DNA of 64,000 nt from Patescibacteria group bacterium (GTDB taxonomy: Bacteria; Patescibacteriota; Patescibacteriia; JACRDY01). The number at the start of each line of letters is the position of its first letter. The first letter of the stretch is position 1. Position numbers and translations under genes: made by a program. The stretch is from positions 32,000-95,999 of the forward strand of contig JBAZBH010000002.1 of NCBI GenBank assembly GCA_041671565.1, written 5' to 3'. Below are positions 36,724-46,037 of the stretch, one piece after another. Under the pieces are notes generated by a model. That model did no database searches. It had not been told where the DNA came from and saw nothing but the letters and a program-made list of their open reading frames with translations.

Positions 36724-38766
36724 ATGCCTAAATTCCGCCTAAATATCATCGCCCTTCTTACCGTGGCTAGTCTGCTCGCGGTGGCTTTTAGCTTTAAAAC
36801 AGCGACTGATGCCGGCACGGTGAGGCAGTTCCCGCGCCTTGCCAATTATTACCTAGAGACGCCGATCACCGACGATCAGGTGCCGCAGTTGGCCAAGTGG
36901 GATTTGTTGATTCTCGGCGTGCAAGCGCAAACGGTTTGCCCGGAGCAGATTCGGAAAATCCGCGCCTTGAATCCTAAAATTAAAATTCTCGCTTATGTTT
37001 TGTCCGAGGAATTTCGTTTCGGCGACTATCAACAAATCGAGTCGCCAACCGGGCCTTATCATCAGATTTTAGCGGGCATTCAAGATGGTTGGTGGATGCT
37101 ACAGCCTGATGGCAGTCGTTACTCATTTTGGCCCGGGCATCAGATGATTAATGTGACTGACGCGGCGGCGCCGAATAGCCAAGGTGACCGCTGGAACACT
37201 TATTTGCCGAAATTAATGCACGCTCAAGTGATGTCCACCGGGCTCTGGGATGGAATTTTTTATGACAATGTCTGGGGTTCGCTCGCTTGGCAGAACAACG
37301 GCAATTTTGACATTAACCGCGATGGTCAGAAAGATGACCCGGCGGTCCTTAATCAAGCTTGGAACGCAGGCATGCGGAAAATGCTGGCATTATCGCGCCA
37401 ACTGGAAGGCCCGGGCGCGATCATTATTGGCAACGGCAGTAATGAGTTTAAAGAGTCGCTCAACGGCCGGCTGATTGAGGGCGGGTCGTGGAGCGATTGG
37501 ACGACCGACCAGCAGAATTATGTTGATTTTATGCGGACCGGCCTGCCGCCGCAGTCCACGGTGGTTAATAACAACACGCAAAATCTCGGCGGGGAGAATA
37601 ATTACCGTTTGATGCGCTTTGGCCTGACTTCCACTCTCCTTGATAACGGCTATTACAGTTTTGACTGGGGCACCGAAGACCATAGCCAGCTTTGGTGGTA
37701 TGACGAATATAATGTCGATCTGGGCCGTCCGACCGGCGCCGCTTATAACCTAGATAACAGCTCGGCGGCAGTGGCGCGCGGCTTTTGGCGGCGGGATTTT
37801 GAGAACGGGGTAGTGTTTGTTAATGCGACTGCCGCGCCGCGAGTAGCGATTTTGGGTGAGGAAGAGCTGGAAAAAATCTCCGGCGGGCAAGATCGGGCGG
37901 TTAACGACGGCTCGCGCATCAATTTTGTCCGTCTGGGCGCGAACGAAGGGCTGATGGTTTTGCGGCCGCTTTCGGAAATCATTGGCAGCCCGTTCACCAA
38001 CGGTTATTTTGTCCGAGTGTTTAATACTACGGGCGTCCGCCAGCGGGGCGGCTTTTACACTTACAAAAAACAATTCGCGGGTTCGGCCAAAATTATCACT
38101 AGCGATATTGACGCGGACGGCGAGTGGGAAACCGTGGTGGCGTCGGGCGGCCGGGTGGCTATTTACGGTTCCAGCGGTTTATTGGAAAAGGCGTTCTGGC
38201 CGTATGGCGCGGCATATCGCGGCGCGATCAGCCTGGCGGCGGGCGAGACCAACAATGATGGCTGGCAAGAAATTGTAACCGCGCCGGGCGCGGGTGGAGT
38301 TGGCGCGGTGAAGATTTTTAACTGGCAAGGCGAAAACATCGGCCCAAATTTTTATGTTTACGGCGATAAATACCGCGGCGGGGTCAATTTAGCGCTGGGT
38401 GACTTGGACGGCAATGGCGCCAGTGAAATTATCGTTGGCGCGGCGACTGGCGGCCCGCAGCTGCGGATTTTTAATGGCGCTGGCAAATTAATCTCGGCCG
38501 GCTGGTTTGCTTATGACAAAAATCAGCGCGGCGGGGTTAGAATTGCCGCGGGTGATTTAACCGGTGACGGCCGGGCGGAGATCGTGACTGTGCCGGGCGT
38601 GGGCCAAAAGGCCGAAATCAAGGTCTGGAACAGCCGCGGCGTCATGCAAGGCCAGCCTTGGTTGGCGCTCGCCGCGACCAACCGCAGTGGCGCCGAAGTG
38701 GCGGTGAATGACATCAATCGGGATGGGATAATGGAAATACTGGTTAGTAGTCTTAATACTTTTTAA
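36724..38766 (+). CDS. secreted protein: N-terminal putative glycoside-hydrolase-like TIM-barrel domain fused to C-terminal FG-GAP beta-propeller repeats
   Basis: signal/TM anchor; LANYYLE..DLLIL..IKILAYV region resembles 'GHL' hypothetical glycosyl hydrolase families; C-terminus has repeated D.D.DG..E.. motifs (DIDADGEWE, GDLDGNGASEIIVG, GDLTGDGRAEIV, NDINRDGIMEIL). Confidence 0.5.
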   Translation: MPKFRLNIIALLTVASLLAVAFSFKTATDAGTVRQFPRLANYYLETPITDDQVPQLAKWDLLILGVQAQTVCPEQIRKIRALNPKIKILAYVLSEEFRFGDYQQIESPTGPYHQILAGIQDGWWMLQPDGSRYSFWPGHQMINVTDAAAPNSQGDRWNTYLPKLMHAQVMSTGLWDGIFYDNVWGSLAWQNNGNFDINRDGQKDDPAVLNQAWNAGMRKMLALSRQLEGPGAIIIGNGSNEFKESLNGRLIEGGSWSDWTTDQQNYVDFMRTGLPPQSTVVNNNTQNLGGENNYRLMRFGLTSTLLDNGYYSFDWGTEDHSQLWWYDEYNVDLGRPTGAAYNLDNSSAAVARGFWRRDFENGVVFVNATAAPRVAILGEEELEKISGGQDRAVNDGSRINFVRLGANEGLMVLRPLSEIIGSPFTNGYFVRVFNTTGVRQRGGFYTYKKQFAGSAKIITSDIDADGEWETVVASGGRVAIYGSSGLLEKAFWPYGAAYRGAISLAAGETNNDGWQEIVTAPGAGGVGAVKIFNWQGENIGPNFYVYGDKYRGGVNLALGDLDGNGASEIIVGAATGGPQLRIFNGAGKLISAGWFAYDKNQRGGVRIAAGDLTGDGRAEIVTVPGVGQKAEIKVWNSRGVMQGQPWLALAATNRSGAEVAVNDINRDGIMEILVSSLNTF

Positions 38767-38769
38767 GGT

Positions 38770-38935
38770 TGTTTAAATTTCTAAGCATCGTTTAAAGTTC
38801 AAAACCCTAAGTTCAAAGTTCAAATCAAGTTCAAAGATCAAAAGGTGCCAGAGTTTTGGCTTTTGAACTTGATTTGAACTTTGGATTTTGGATTTTGCAC
38901 TTCTGTTTGTGTTTATTGGTTTAAACGCCAACTAC
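38770..38935. repeat. 'ttcaaag' palindromic element
   Basis: aagttcaaaaccctaagttcaaagttcaaatcaagttcaaagatcaaaagg ... tttgaacttgatttgaactttggattttgg. Confidence 0.8.
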
Positions 38936-38963
38936 CACCAGCTTAAATTTATATTTAAAATAT

Positions 38964-40793
38964 ATGTCAAAATTAATCGATCTCACCTTCGGCCCTTGGC
39001 GCTTCATCGTCCGCCGTCTGCACCGTCGCTATCAAGTCCGCTACAAATTCAACCGCAAGCACCTGGTGGCTGATTTGATTATGTTTTTGGCGGTGGTTGT
39101 TTTGATCCTCGGCAATCTTTATTTAAACCTGATTTTTGCTAAATGGGCGATTGCCCTCAAAGTCAGGACCGAAATCGCGGTCAGCGAGATTGTCCAAAAC
39201 GGCAGTGAAACTAAGATCGCGGTCAGATATTTTAACAGCAATAAAACCGATGTTTTGCGCGGCGCGTTGTTAAAATTGGACTTGCCGGTAAGTTTTCAGG
39301 CCGAAACGGCAAGCGACCCGCGGTATGACCTCAAAACCGGCGCGATCAGCCTCGGCGATATTTTGCCGGGGAAAGGCGGCGCGCTAGAATTAACCGGTGA
39401 AGTTTGGGGCGACAGCGGCAGTGAGGCTAAAATTTTCAGCCATCTTAGTTATACTCAGGAAAATCAGGGTAGCGGTTTAAGTTGGTCAGCCGAGCGGCTC
39501 GGGTCAGCCAGTTACCGTATCAGCGGCTCGGTAGTCGGTTGCCAATTGACGATGCCGGAAACCGCTGTAAATCAAAGCGCGTTTGATTTTAATCTCGCTT
39601 GCGCCAATAATTATCGGGAAAAATTGGGTAATTTAGAAGTTAAGCTTAACGCCGATAGCGGACAAATAATCGACAGTACGGTCGGGCCGTTTAATGAGCT
39701 TGGGGCCGGGGAGAAAACTGATTTTTCCGCTCGCGCTCGGTTTAATTTGCCGGAAAAGGCTGACCGCGGCCGCCTCGGTTATCAACTGTTTGGCCAGGCG
39801 CCAGACGGTCGGCGTTTGCTCTTGGATCAAGGAGAAACTTCAGTTAATATTTTTCACGCCCATTTCAGCGTTAAAGCCGAGTTAATCGGCCAGGCGGCTG
39901 ATTACGCGCCGCTGCCGGGCGAGGAACTGGAATATCGTCTGGTTTATCAGAATAACGAAAAAGAGGCGATCAAATATCTAGCCATTAGCGTAGATTTAAC
40001 CAGCCCGCTGTGGGATATAACTTCGGTTAAGGGTGATCAAACTTTTGCCTTTTCCGACCGGCAGTTGATTTTTGCCGAACGCGGCGAGACCTCTCCGGGC
40101 AAGCGCGGCGTGCTGGCACCGGGTCAAAGTGAAGAATTTAAATTTAAAATTAAAACCGTCAAAACGGTTGTTGCCGGTTTAACTCCGCCGGTTTATTTAA
40201 TACTGGCGCCGGTGGCTGATTATTCGTTGCTGGTGAATGGCGTTGATTTTGCGGTGACGGTTGACGGGCAGGCGAGCAAAAATCTTTTGAGCTCCAGTCT
40301 TGATTTAGAAGCCCTCGCCCGTTATTACACTGCTGAAGGCGAACAGCTAGGCGTTGGGCCCTTGCCGCCGGCGGTCGGTATTCCAACTAAGTACCGGATT
40401 TTTTGGCAGGTGAGTGTTAGCTACAATCCGGTCAGTGAGATTAAAGTTGTTGGCACGCTCGCGCCGAATGTCAGCTGGACCGGCCAAGAAAGTGTCAGCG
40501 CCGGCGCCGGATTAAACTTTGACCCCAAAACCAACCAGATCTCCTGGGCGCCGGGCGTTGCCGCGGCTCTCACCGGCTACGGCTCATTGCCGCAGAGCGC
40601 CAACTTTGCTTTGTCTTTAATCCCGCTCGCGAGCCAAATCGGCCGGCCGGCGGTTTTACTAGAGGACATCACTATCACCGGCCGCGACCAAACCACTGGC
40701 CGCGAACTCCGCCAAACCATTCCCAGTATTACCACGGACTTGTTTTCTGACCCGCTGGGGAGGGGGAAGGGGAGGGTGGTGAATTGGGAATAA
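38964..40793 (+). CDS. hypothetical membrane-anchored protein with large extracytoplasmic domain
   Basis: basic N-terminus, single TM (LIMFLAVVVLILGNLYLNLIFA), ~540 aa beta-rich domain; Gly-rich tail. Confidence 0.45.
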   Translation: MSKLIDLTFGPWRFIVRRLHRRYQVRYKFNRKHLVADLIMFLAVVVLILGNLYLNLIFAKWAIALKVRTEIAVSEIVQNGSETKIAVRYFNSNKTDVLRGALLKLDLPVSFQAETASDPRYDLKTGAISLGDILPGKGGALELTGEVWGDSGSEAKIFSHLSYTQENQGSGLSWSAERLGSASYRISGSVVGCQLTMPETAVNQSAFDFNLACANNYREKLGNLEVKLNADSGQIIDSTVGPFNELGAGEKTDFSARARFNLPEKADRGRLGYQLFGQAPDGRRLLLDQGETSVNIFHAHFSVKAELIGQAADYAPLPGEELEYRLVYQNNEKEAIKYLAISVDLTSPLWDITSVKGDQTFAFSDRQLIFAERGETSPGKRGVLAPGQSEEFKFKIKTVKTVVAGLTPPVYLILAPVADYSLLVNGVDFAVTVDGQASKNLLSSSLDLEALARYYTAEGEQLGVGPLPPAVGIPTKYRIFWQVSVSYNPVSEIKVVGTLAPNVSWTGQESVSAGAGLNFDPKTNQISWAPGVAAALTGYGSLPQSANFALSLIPLASQIGRPAVLLEDITITGRDQTTGRELRQTIPSITTDLFSDPLGRGKGRVVNWE

Positions 40794-40794
40794 A

Positions 40795-40930
40795 AGGGAG
40801 ATTTAAGATTTAGGATTTAAGATTTAAGAATGGTCGGTAGCCAGCGTTTAGACTAAAAACCATAGGTTTAAGGAAACTCAATGCGGAGTTTATTCTTAAA
40901 TCTTAAATCTTAATTCTTAAATCTTTTTCT
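40795..40930. repeat. 'gatttaa' outer-arm palindrome with a distinct short core
   Basis: gatttaagatttaggatttaagatttaagaatg ... tattcttaaatcttaaatcttaattcttaaatc. Confidence 0.8.
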
Positions 40931-41252
40931 CTAATTTTAGCCGTTTTTTCTGCCTGTCAGAAAAGGCGGTTTTTTTAGTTGACAAAAATCTCTGACCGTG
41001 GTAAGGTAGGGCGTTAAGTTCGTTGACAATGGAATGTCACACTAAATAAAAAGGGAGGAGGAATCCTCGCTGATTCCTCGCATTTTTTGTTTTTAACCAA
41101 AAAAACCAAAAGGAGGAATTAAAAAGGGTTCAGTTCAGAGTCAAAAAATAGAGAATCTTAGAAAAATTCAGAAACCGCCCCTTTGGGGCAATAAAACAAA
41201 AAAATTAGAATCACCGCGCCCCAGAAAGGCGCACAAACCATGGAGTAGGAAA

Positions 41253-42596
41253 ATGAAACGCAGTTTGTTCCTTTTTTGTCTCATCATCACCGTGATGATG
41301 GGCGTTGTCGCTTGCAATAGCAGTGATGACGATGACAACGGAGCCACCGCCGACGACACCAATGACGGCGGCGACGACATCGATGACGACGCGATTGATG
41401 ATGATGGCAGTGACGACACCGGCGACGACGACACGGTCGCAGAAACGATGAATCTGAAAATGTCGGTGCCTCTTACCGAGTACACCGCCGCCGCCCAGTA
41501 TGGGCGATTCAGTGAAGTGTGGGAAGATGGTACGCCGGGCGATTTTTATGCCGAAAGTCCGGTGAATTATAGCGCCGACTCCGGCCAGATTTTTGCCGCG
41601 GCTGACGCGCCGGTTACTGTGGTGCGGATTACCGTCGACATTATCAAGGCCGACGGCACGCCGGTTGGTCCTGGCATTACGCCGACGCCGACATTCACGC
41701 GGAACGGGAGCCCGTTGTACCCTTCGGGGTACTATACGGATCCGAACGAAAATCCGGATACTGGCACCAGCGGCTGGATTCTCTATCCCGCCGGTACCGG
41801 CACGACCACGACGACCACGCAGGCACCCACTACCACAACGACTCAGGCGCCGACCACGACGACCACGGTGGCACCGACTACCACGACCACCGAGTTGCCG
41901 ACCACTACGAGCACGGTGGCGCCTACTACGACGACTGTGGCTCCGACGACGACCACCACCTCTGAGCCGCCGACCACGACGAGCACGGTGGTCACCACCA
42001 CGACGGGGATGACCACGACGACGATTCCGCCGACGGTGACGGAGATTTTCGACGGGGTTACCTCGGTGGAGATCAGTAATCTGCAGGTTGTCAACGGCAA
42101 TTTGCAGAATTTTTCCCATGTGGCGGCGAATGGCAGTTCGCTGGGCACGCCTATCTCGGCGGCCAATGTGATTGCGATTCAGGTCGCGATCGACTATGTC
42201 GATCCCGCGAATTTCCCGGAACTGCTGGTGAGCGGCGTGACGGCGGCGGGTTCATATCCTGTCGTGACCTCAGCCATCGCCGGTCTGGAATACACCATTC
42301 GCGTCCGGCTGGCCGATGGCAGCTCGGGCTGGGCCTGGCTGGACGCCAGTTTTGCCGTTATTGGCGGGACGATTCAGCCGATTGGGCCGCCGATCAACGG
42401 GAATCGGGTCGTTCGCGATGCGTTCAGCATCACGGCCGGCCTTTGGAGCCGCGCGGCCGTGGAAGCCCTGAATGGCGGCACCGTGACCGGGCTACTTTTC
42501 CGGCAGTGCACGGAGTATGCCGACGGGACGAAGGAATGCGTTACTCGGCCGCTCAGTGTCGGCAGTGTCAATCTCGGCGGCGACGCCTATTATTGA
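41253..42596 (+). CDS. surface lipoprotein with poly-Asp tract and Thr-rich linkers (paralogous architecture to 31324..33291)
   Basis: lipobox VVAC; SSDDDDNGATADDTNDGGDDIDDDAIDDDGSDDTGDDD; QAPTTTTT/VAPTTTTT linker repeats; linker-coding DNA (accacgacgacc)n near-identical to that in 31324..33291. Confidence 0.6.
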   Translation: MKRSLFLFCLIITVMMGVVACNSSDDDDNGATADDTNDGGDDIDDDAIDDDGSDDTGDDDTVAETMNLKMSVPLTEYTAAAQYGRFSEVWEDGTPGDFYAESPVNYSADSGQIFAAADAPVTVVRITVDIIKADGTPVGPGITPTPTFTRNGSPLYPSGYYTDPNENPDTGTSGWILYPAGTGTTTTTTQAPTTTTTQAPTTTTTVAPTTTTTELPTTTSTVAPTTTTVAPTTTTTSEPPTTTSTVVTTTTGMTTTTIPPTVTEIFDGVTSVEISNLQVVNGNLQNFSHVAANGSSLGTPISAANVIAIQVAIDYVDPANFPELLVSGVTAAGSYPVVTSAIAGLEYTIRVRLADGSSGWAWLDASFAVIGGTIQPIGPPINGNRVVRDAFSITAGLWSRAAVEALNGGTVTGLLFRQCTEYADGTKECVTRPLSVGSVNLGGDAYY

Positions 42597-42721
42597 CCGG
42601 CTGTCCGGCCACTTTTATTCACAGCACGACACGCGGCGGGGAACCATTCCCCGCCGCCTTTTTAATATAAAAGTCCAGAGTCCAGAGTCCAGAGAAAGCC
42701 AAGAGTTTAGAGTTCAGAGCG

Positions 42722-43090
42722 TTATTTTTTAAAACTTCTAAGTTTAGCTACAAAAGCGTAGGTTAATTTAGAAGTTTCTATTAGCAGGCCTTCAGTTTTT
42801 CGGAATTGCTCTGGCTTGCCAAAACCTAGGCTTTTGGCAATTAATAGCTGGGTTTCCAATTCCATTAGCGAACCGCGACTGATTAAGATAAATCTGGCAA
42901 AATCGCCGTCGGATCTTCGGCCGTAGCCTTCAGCGATGTTAGATGGGACAGAAACCGCCGCTCGGCGGATTTGCGTGGTTAGACCAAAAAGCTCGGCTTG
43001 GGGAAACGAAGCGGTTAACTCATAGACGGTTTTGACCAAATCAATGGCTTTTTGCCAAACGATTAGGTCTTGGTAGGATTTGAATAGCAT
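42722..43090 (-). CDS. four-helix-bundle protein ('23S rRNA intervening-sequence protein' family)
   Basis: YQDLIVWQKAIDLVKTVYELT...SNIAEGYGRRS...RGSLMELETQL is the signature of the TIGR02436-type family; here free-standing on the minus strand, not inside an rRNA. Confidence 0.8.
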   Translation of the reverse strand: MLFKSYQDLIVWQKAIDLVKTVYELTASFPQAELFGLTTQIRRAAVSVPSNIAEGYGRRSDGDFARFILISRGSLMELETQLLIAKSLGFGKPEQFRKTEGLLIETSKLTYAFVAKLRSFKK

Positions 43091-43433
43091 AGTTTTAGGT
43101 TATTAATTAATGGTTTAATTATACCTAATCAATCATTAACTAAATCTAAAATAATCATTAAATAATTCTAAACTGGGATCTTTATTCTCCGGACTCCGGA
43201 CTCCGGACTTTTGACCCAAAAAACATTGACAGGTGGCCTTGCTTATGGTAAGGTGGGATGTCACAAAAGAGCAGAAAGCAGGCTGGATTTAAATGGCTAA
43301 AATTAGCAGAAGAATGTGATATATGGCATGTGGTATATGGGAGTTTCCCCATATACGATATACCACATACCATTTAGTTCTTAAGTGGTTAAAACAAGAA
43401 TAAAGAATAAGAAATTAAGTAGCTATCTCGTCT

Positions 43434-44579
43434 ATGCGTATCGCGTTTATCGGACAAAAAGGAATACCGGTGAAGTTTGGCGGCATTGAGCGCCACGCCG
43501 AAGAGCTGGCTGCGCGTTTAGTCAAAAACGGGCACCAGGTTTTTGTTTACACTCGGCCGTGGTATAGCGATCCGGAATTGAAAGAATTTCAGGGCATCAA
43601 GCTGATTAGCCTGCCGTCCATTAACACCAAGCACTTAGATGCTATTTCTCATACCTTTGTTGCCACGATTCATGCTTTGTTCGCGCCTTACGATGTTATT
43701 CATTATCATGGCGTGGGCCCGGCCTTGCTGTCGTTTATTCCGCGGATTTTTAAGCCGTCGGCTCGCGTGGTGGTGACCTTCCACTGCATTGACCGTAAGC
43801 ACCAGAAATGGGGTTGGTTTGCCCGTTTGACCCTCAAGCTTGGTGAAATGGCGGCCTGCGCTTTTGCCCATAAAACTATTGCCGTTTCCAAATCTCTCCA
43901 GTTTTACTGCTCGCAGATTTATAATTGCGAGGCCGTGTATATTCCGTCCGGCGCCAGCTGGAAGCCGGCCGTGGTGGCGGACAATCTTCTCGCTGAGAAG
44001 TTTGGCCTGGATCAAGATGATTATATTTTGACGGTTTCGCGCCTGGTGCGCCATAAAGGTATCCATTATTTGATTGATGGTTACCGCGCGCTCAAAACCG
44101 ATAAAAAACTGGTGATTGTCGGCGATTCGGCGTTTACCGATGACTATGTCAAAGAATTGCGCGAGGCGGCCAAGGACGACCCGCGGATTATTTTTACCGG
44201 TTACCAAGGCGGCGCTGAATTAGAGCAGTTGTTTGCCCATGCTTATCTCGTGGTCCAACCGTCCGAGTCCGAAGGTTTGCCTTTGTCGGTCCTGGAAGCC
44301 ATGAGTTATAGCCGGGCAGTATTGTCTTCGGATATTGCCGAAAATTTGGAAGTGGTTAAAGACCATGGTTTTAGTTTCAAAAATAAAGATGTCGCTGATC
44401 TAGTTAGTCAGTTAGAGCTTTTACTTTCTCGGCCGGATTTGGTTAAAACCGTCGGTTCCGCCGGCCGTGATTATATTAACCAGAATTATAATTGGGATGA
44501 TATCGCGCGGAAGACAGGCGATGTCTATAAAGAACTTTTGGCGGAAGAAGCGTCTTTGGAGGCTGTTGTTATAAAGTAA
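43434..44579 (+). CDS. GT4-family glycosyltransferase
   Basis: GGIERHAEELA N-terminus; SESEGLPLSVLEAMSYSRAVLSSDI E-x7-E motif. Confidence 0.85.
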   Translation: MRIAFIGQKGIPVKFGGIERHAEELAARLVKNGHQVFVYTRPWYSDPELKEFQGIKLISLPSINTKHLDAISHTFVATIHALFAPYDVIHYHGVGPALLSFIPRIFKPSARVVVTFHCIDRKHQKWGWFARLTLKLGEMAACAFAHKTIAVSKSLQFYCSQIYNCEAVYIPSGASWKPAVVADNLLAEKFGLDQDDYILTVSRLVRHKGIHYLIDGYRALKTDKKLVIVGDSAFTDDYVKELREAAKDDPRIIFTGYQGGAELEQLFAHAYLVVQPSESEGLPLSVLEAMSYSRAVLSSDIAENLEVVKDHGFSFKNKDVADLVSQLELLLSRPDLVKTVGSAGRDYINQNYNWDDIARKTGDVYKELLAEEASLEAVVIK

Positions 44580-44584
44580 ATTTA

Positions 44585-44715
44585 GTTTTTAGTATTGCAC
44601 GGTTTAAAGTTCAAAATCCAAAGATTCAAAGTTCAAATCAAGTTCAAAGACCAAAACTACTACATATTTTAACATTTGAACTTGATTTGAACTTTGGATT
44701 TTGAACTTTGCACTT
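44585..44715. repeat. 'ttcaaag' palindromic element
   Basis: aagttcaaaatccaaagattcaaagttcaaatcaagttcaaagaccaaaac ... tttgaacttgatttgaactttggattttgaactttgc. Confidence 0.8.
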
Positions 44716-44721
44716 ATAATT

Positions 44722-44758
44722 AAAAAAAATCCCTCCACACGCGTTGAGGGTATTTTTA
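44722..44758. terminator. bidirectional intrinsic terminator
   Basis: A8 - ccctc..acgcgt..gaggg - T5: hairpin flanked by an A-run and a T-run between convergent GT4 (+) and HTH (-) genes. Confidence 0.55.
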
Positions 44759-44775
44759 TTAAGTAAATAATTTGT

Positions 44776-45072
44776 TTATTCTTTCGCCTCCTCCCCTGTG
44801 GATATCCTCTCTGGGTTCGGCGAGTAGAGCGGGGCCGAGATCTTCCACTTATCCACAAACTGACCAATTCCCTCTTTGGCTAGTTTATTTTTCACCGTCG
44901 GCCGTTTCTGCGACCACTTCAGGAGGTTGTCAAAATTAACCCGATAGCGGCCGCGTACCACCACATAACCAATCTCTTTGTCATTGATTGCCCGGCGGAT
45001 GGTCTTGCTGGAGACACCAAAGATTTTAGCGGCTTCGGATAAGGATAGGCGGATAGGGGAGTTTAATGGCAT
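44776..45072 (-). CDS. small helix-turn-helix DNA-binding protein (excisionase/MerR-like HTH)
   Basis: LSEAAKIFGVSSKTIRRAINDKEIGY is a typical HTH; 98 aa; divergent from the ECF sigma gene. Confidence 0.55.
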   Translation of the reverse strand: MPLNSPIRLSLSEAAKIFGVSSKTIRRAINDKEIGYVVVRGRYRVNFDNLLKWSQKRPTVKNKLAKEGIGQFVDKWKISAPLYSPNPERISTGEEAKE

Positions 45073-45149
45073 ATTATAATCTTTAGGTTTTTAACTAGTT
45101 CAATTTTAGCAAATTTGATTGATTATGTCTACGATATTGTGGACAAATA

Positions 45150-45300
45150 ACAGGGAATTTCTAATTCTTAATTTAAAATTTTTAATGAATTTATAATGTT
45201 TAATTCTTAATTTTAATTTCCAACCAAGTTCGTGGTTATTTAAAATTAAACCTTAAAAATTGATTAAAAATTAGGAATTTTAAATTAAAAATTATTGAGC
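45150..45300. repeat. AT-rich palindromic element (copy 2 of the 7106-7253 family)
   Basis: aattcttaatttaaaatttttaatgaatttataatgtttaattcttaatt ... ccaaccaagttcgtggttatt ... aaaattaggaattttaaattaaaaatt. Confidence 0.8.
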
Positions 45301-45441
45301 GGTTAATTTCAACTAAAACCGATTTATACCTTGTATTATTCGTGGATAACCGTCTTGCTTTAAGCCCTGTTTTTAGCTACAATAGCCGCATTGTTTTTAT
45401 CTCCAAATACCACCTAAAATTAGCTATTTAGGCTCTTAAGT

Positions 45442-45467
45442 GTAACGCTTGACGCAGCTTCGCGTCT
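45442..45467 (+). promoter_or_regulatory. candidate ECF-type promoter (GTAAC-N16-CGTCT) abutting the sigma-factor start codon
   Basis: -35-like gtAAC 45442-45446, -10-like CGTCt 45463-45467, 16-nt spacer; ATG of sigma gene 6 nt downstream (possible leaderless transcript or autoregulation). Confidence 0.35.
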
Positions 45468-45473
45468 AATTTA

Positions 45474-46037
45474 ATGCCTAATCTCTTAGCTCAGAAATTC
45501 TTGCTTTTGAAGCTAAAAACTAAGGATCCAGAGGCCTTCGGTCAGTTTTATGATATCTATGTAAAGAAAATTTACCGCTTCATTTACTTTAAGGTTTCCT
45601 CAAAGGAAGAAGCGGAAGATCTAACTGCTGAGGCATTCTTGAAAATTTGGGAGTACATTTTTGCCGGCAAGAAAGTTGATAACCTCAATGCCTTCACTTA
45701 TCAAGTGGCGCGCAATCTGGTGATTGATTTTTACCGGCAAAAAAGCCAGAAAACTATCGCGCTCGAGTCGGAAGAAATTCTTGCCGAGATTCCCGACCCG
45801 ACTGCGGGCGCGGAAAAAATCGCCGAGCTGTGGCTGGACCAGGAAGAGCTGGCAAAATACCTCAAACAACTGAAAGACGAATATCGCGAAATTATCATTT
45901 TGAAATATCTGGACGAGCTGAGCGTTTCGGAGATTGCCAAGGTTCTTGATAAAACCAACGGCAATGTCCGAGTGCTCGCGCACCGAGCGCTGACGACTCT
46001 AAAAAATCTAGCGGAAAAAAATCACCGCCATGAATAA
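45474..46037 (+). CDS. ECF-type RNA polymerase sigma factor (sigma-70 regions 2 and 4)
   Basis: region 2 (FYDIYVKKIYRFIYFKV...AEDLTAEAFLKIW; NLNAFTYQVARNLVIDFYR) and region 4 HTH (LDELSVSEIAKVLDKTNGNVRVLAHRALTTLK). Confidence 0.85.
   Translation: MPNLLAQKFLLLKLKTKDPEAFGQFYDIYVKKIYRFIYFKVSSKEEAEDLTAEAFLKIWEYIFAGKKVDNLNAFTYQVARNLVIDFYRQKSQKTIALESEEILAEIPDPTAGAEKIAELWLDQEELAKYLKQLKDEYREIIILKYLDELSVSEIAKVLDKTNGNVRVLAHRALTTLKNLAEKNHRHE

Noticed and set aside
37250-38278. Small plus- and minus-strand ORFs inside 36724..38766
   Set aside because: They are overlapping and off-frame, with Arg/Ala-rich artefactual compositions.
41211-42119. 302-aa minus-strand Arg/Gly-rich ORF and 41593..42012+ Arg/Pro-rich ORF
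   Set aside because: These are antisense or off-frame readings of the second poly-Asp/Thr-linker lipoprotein gene.
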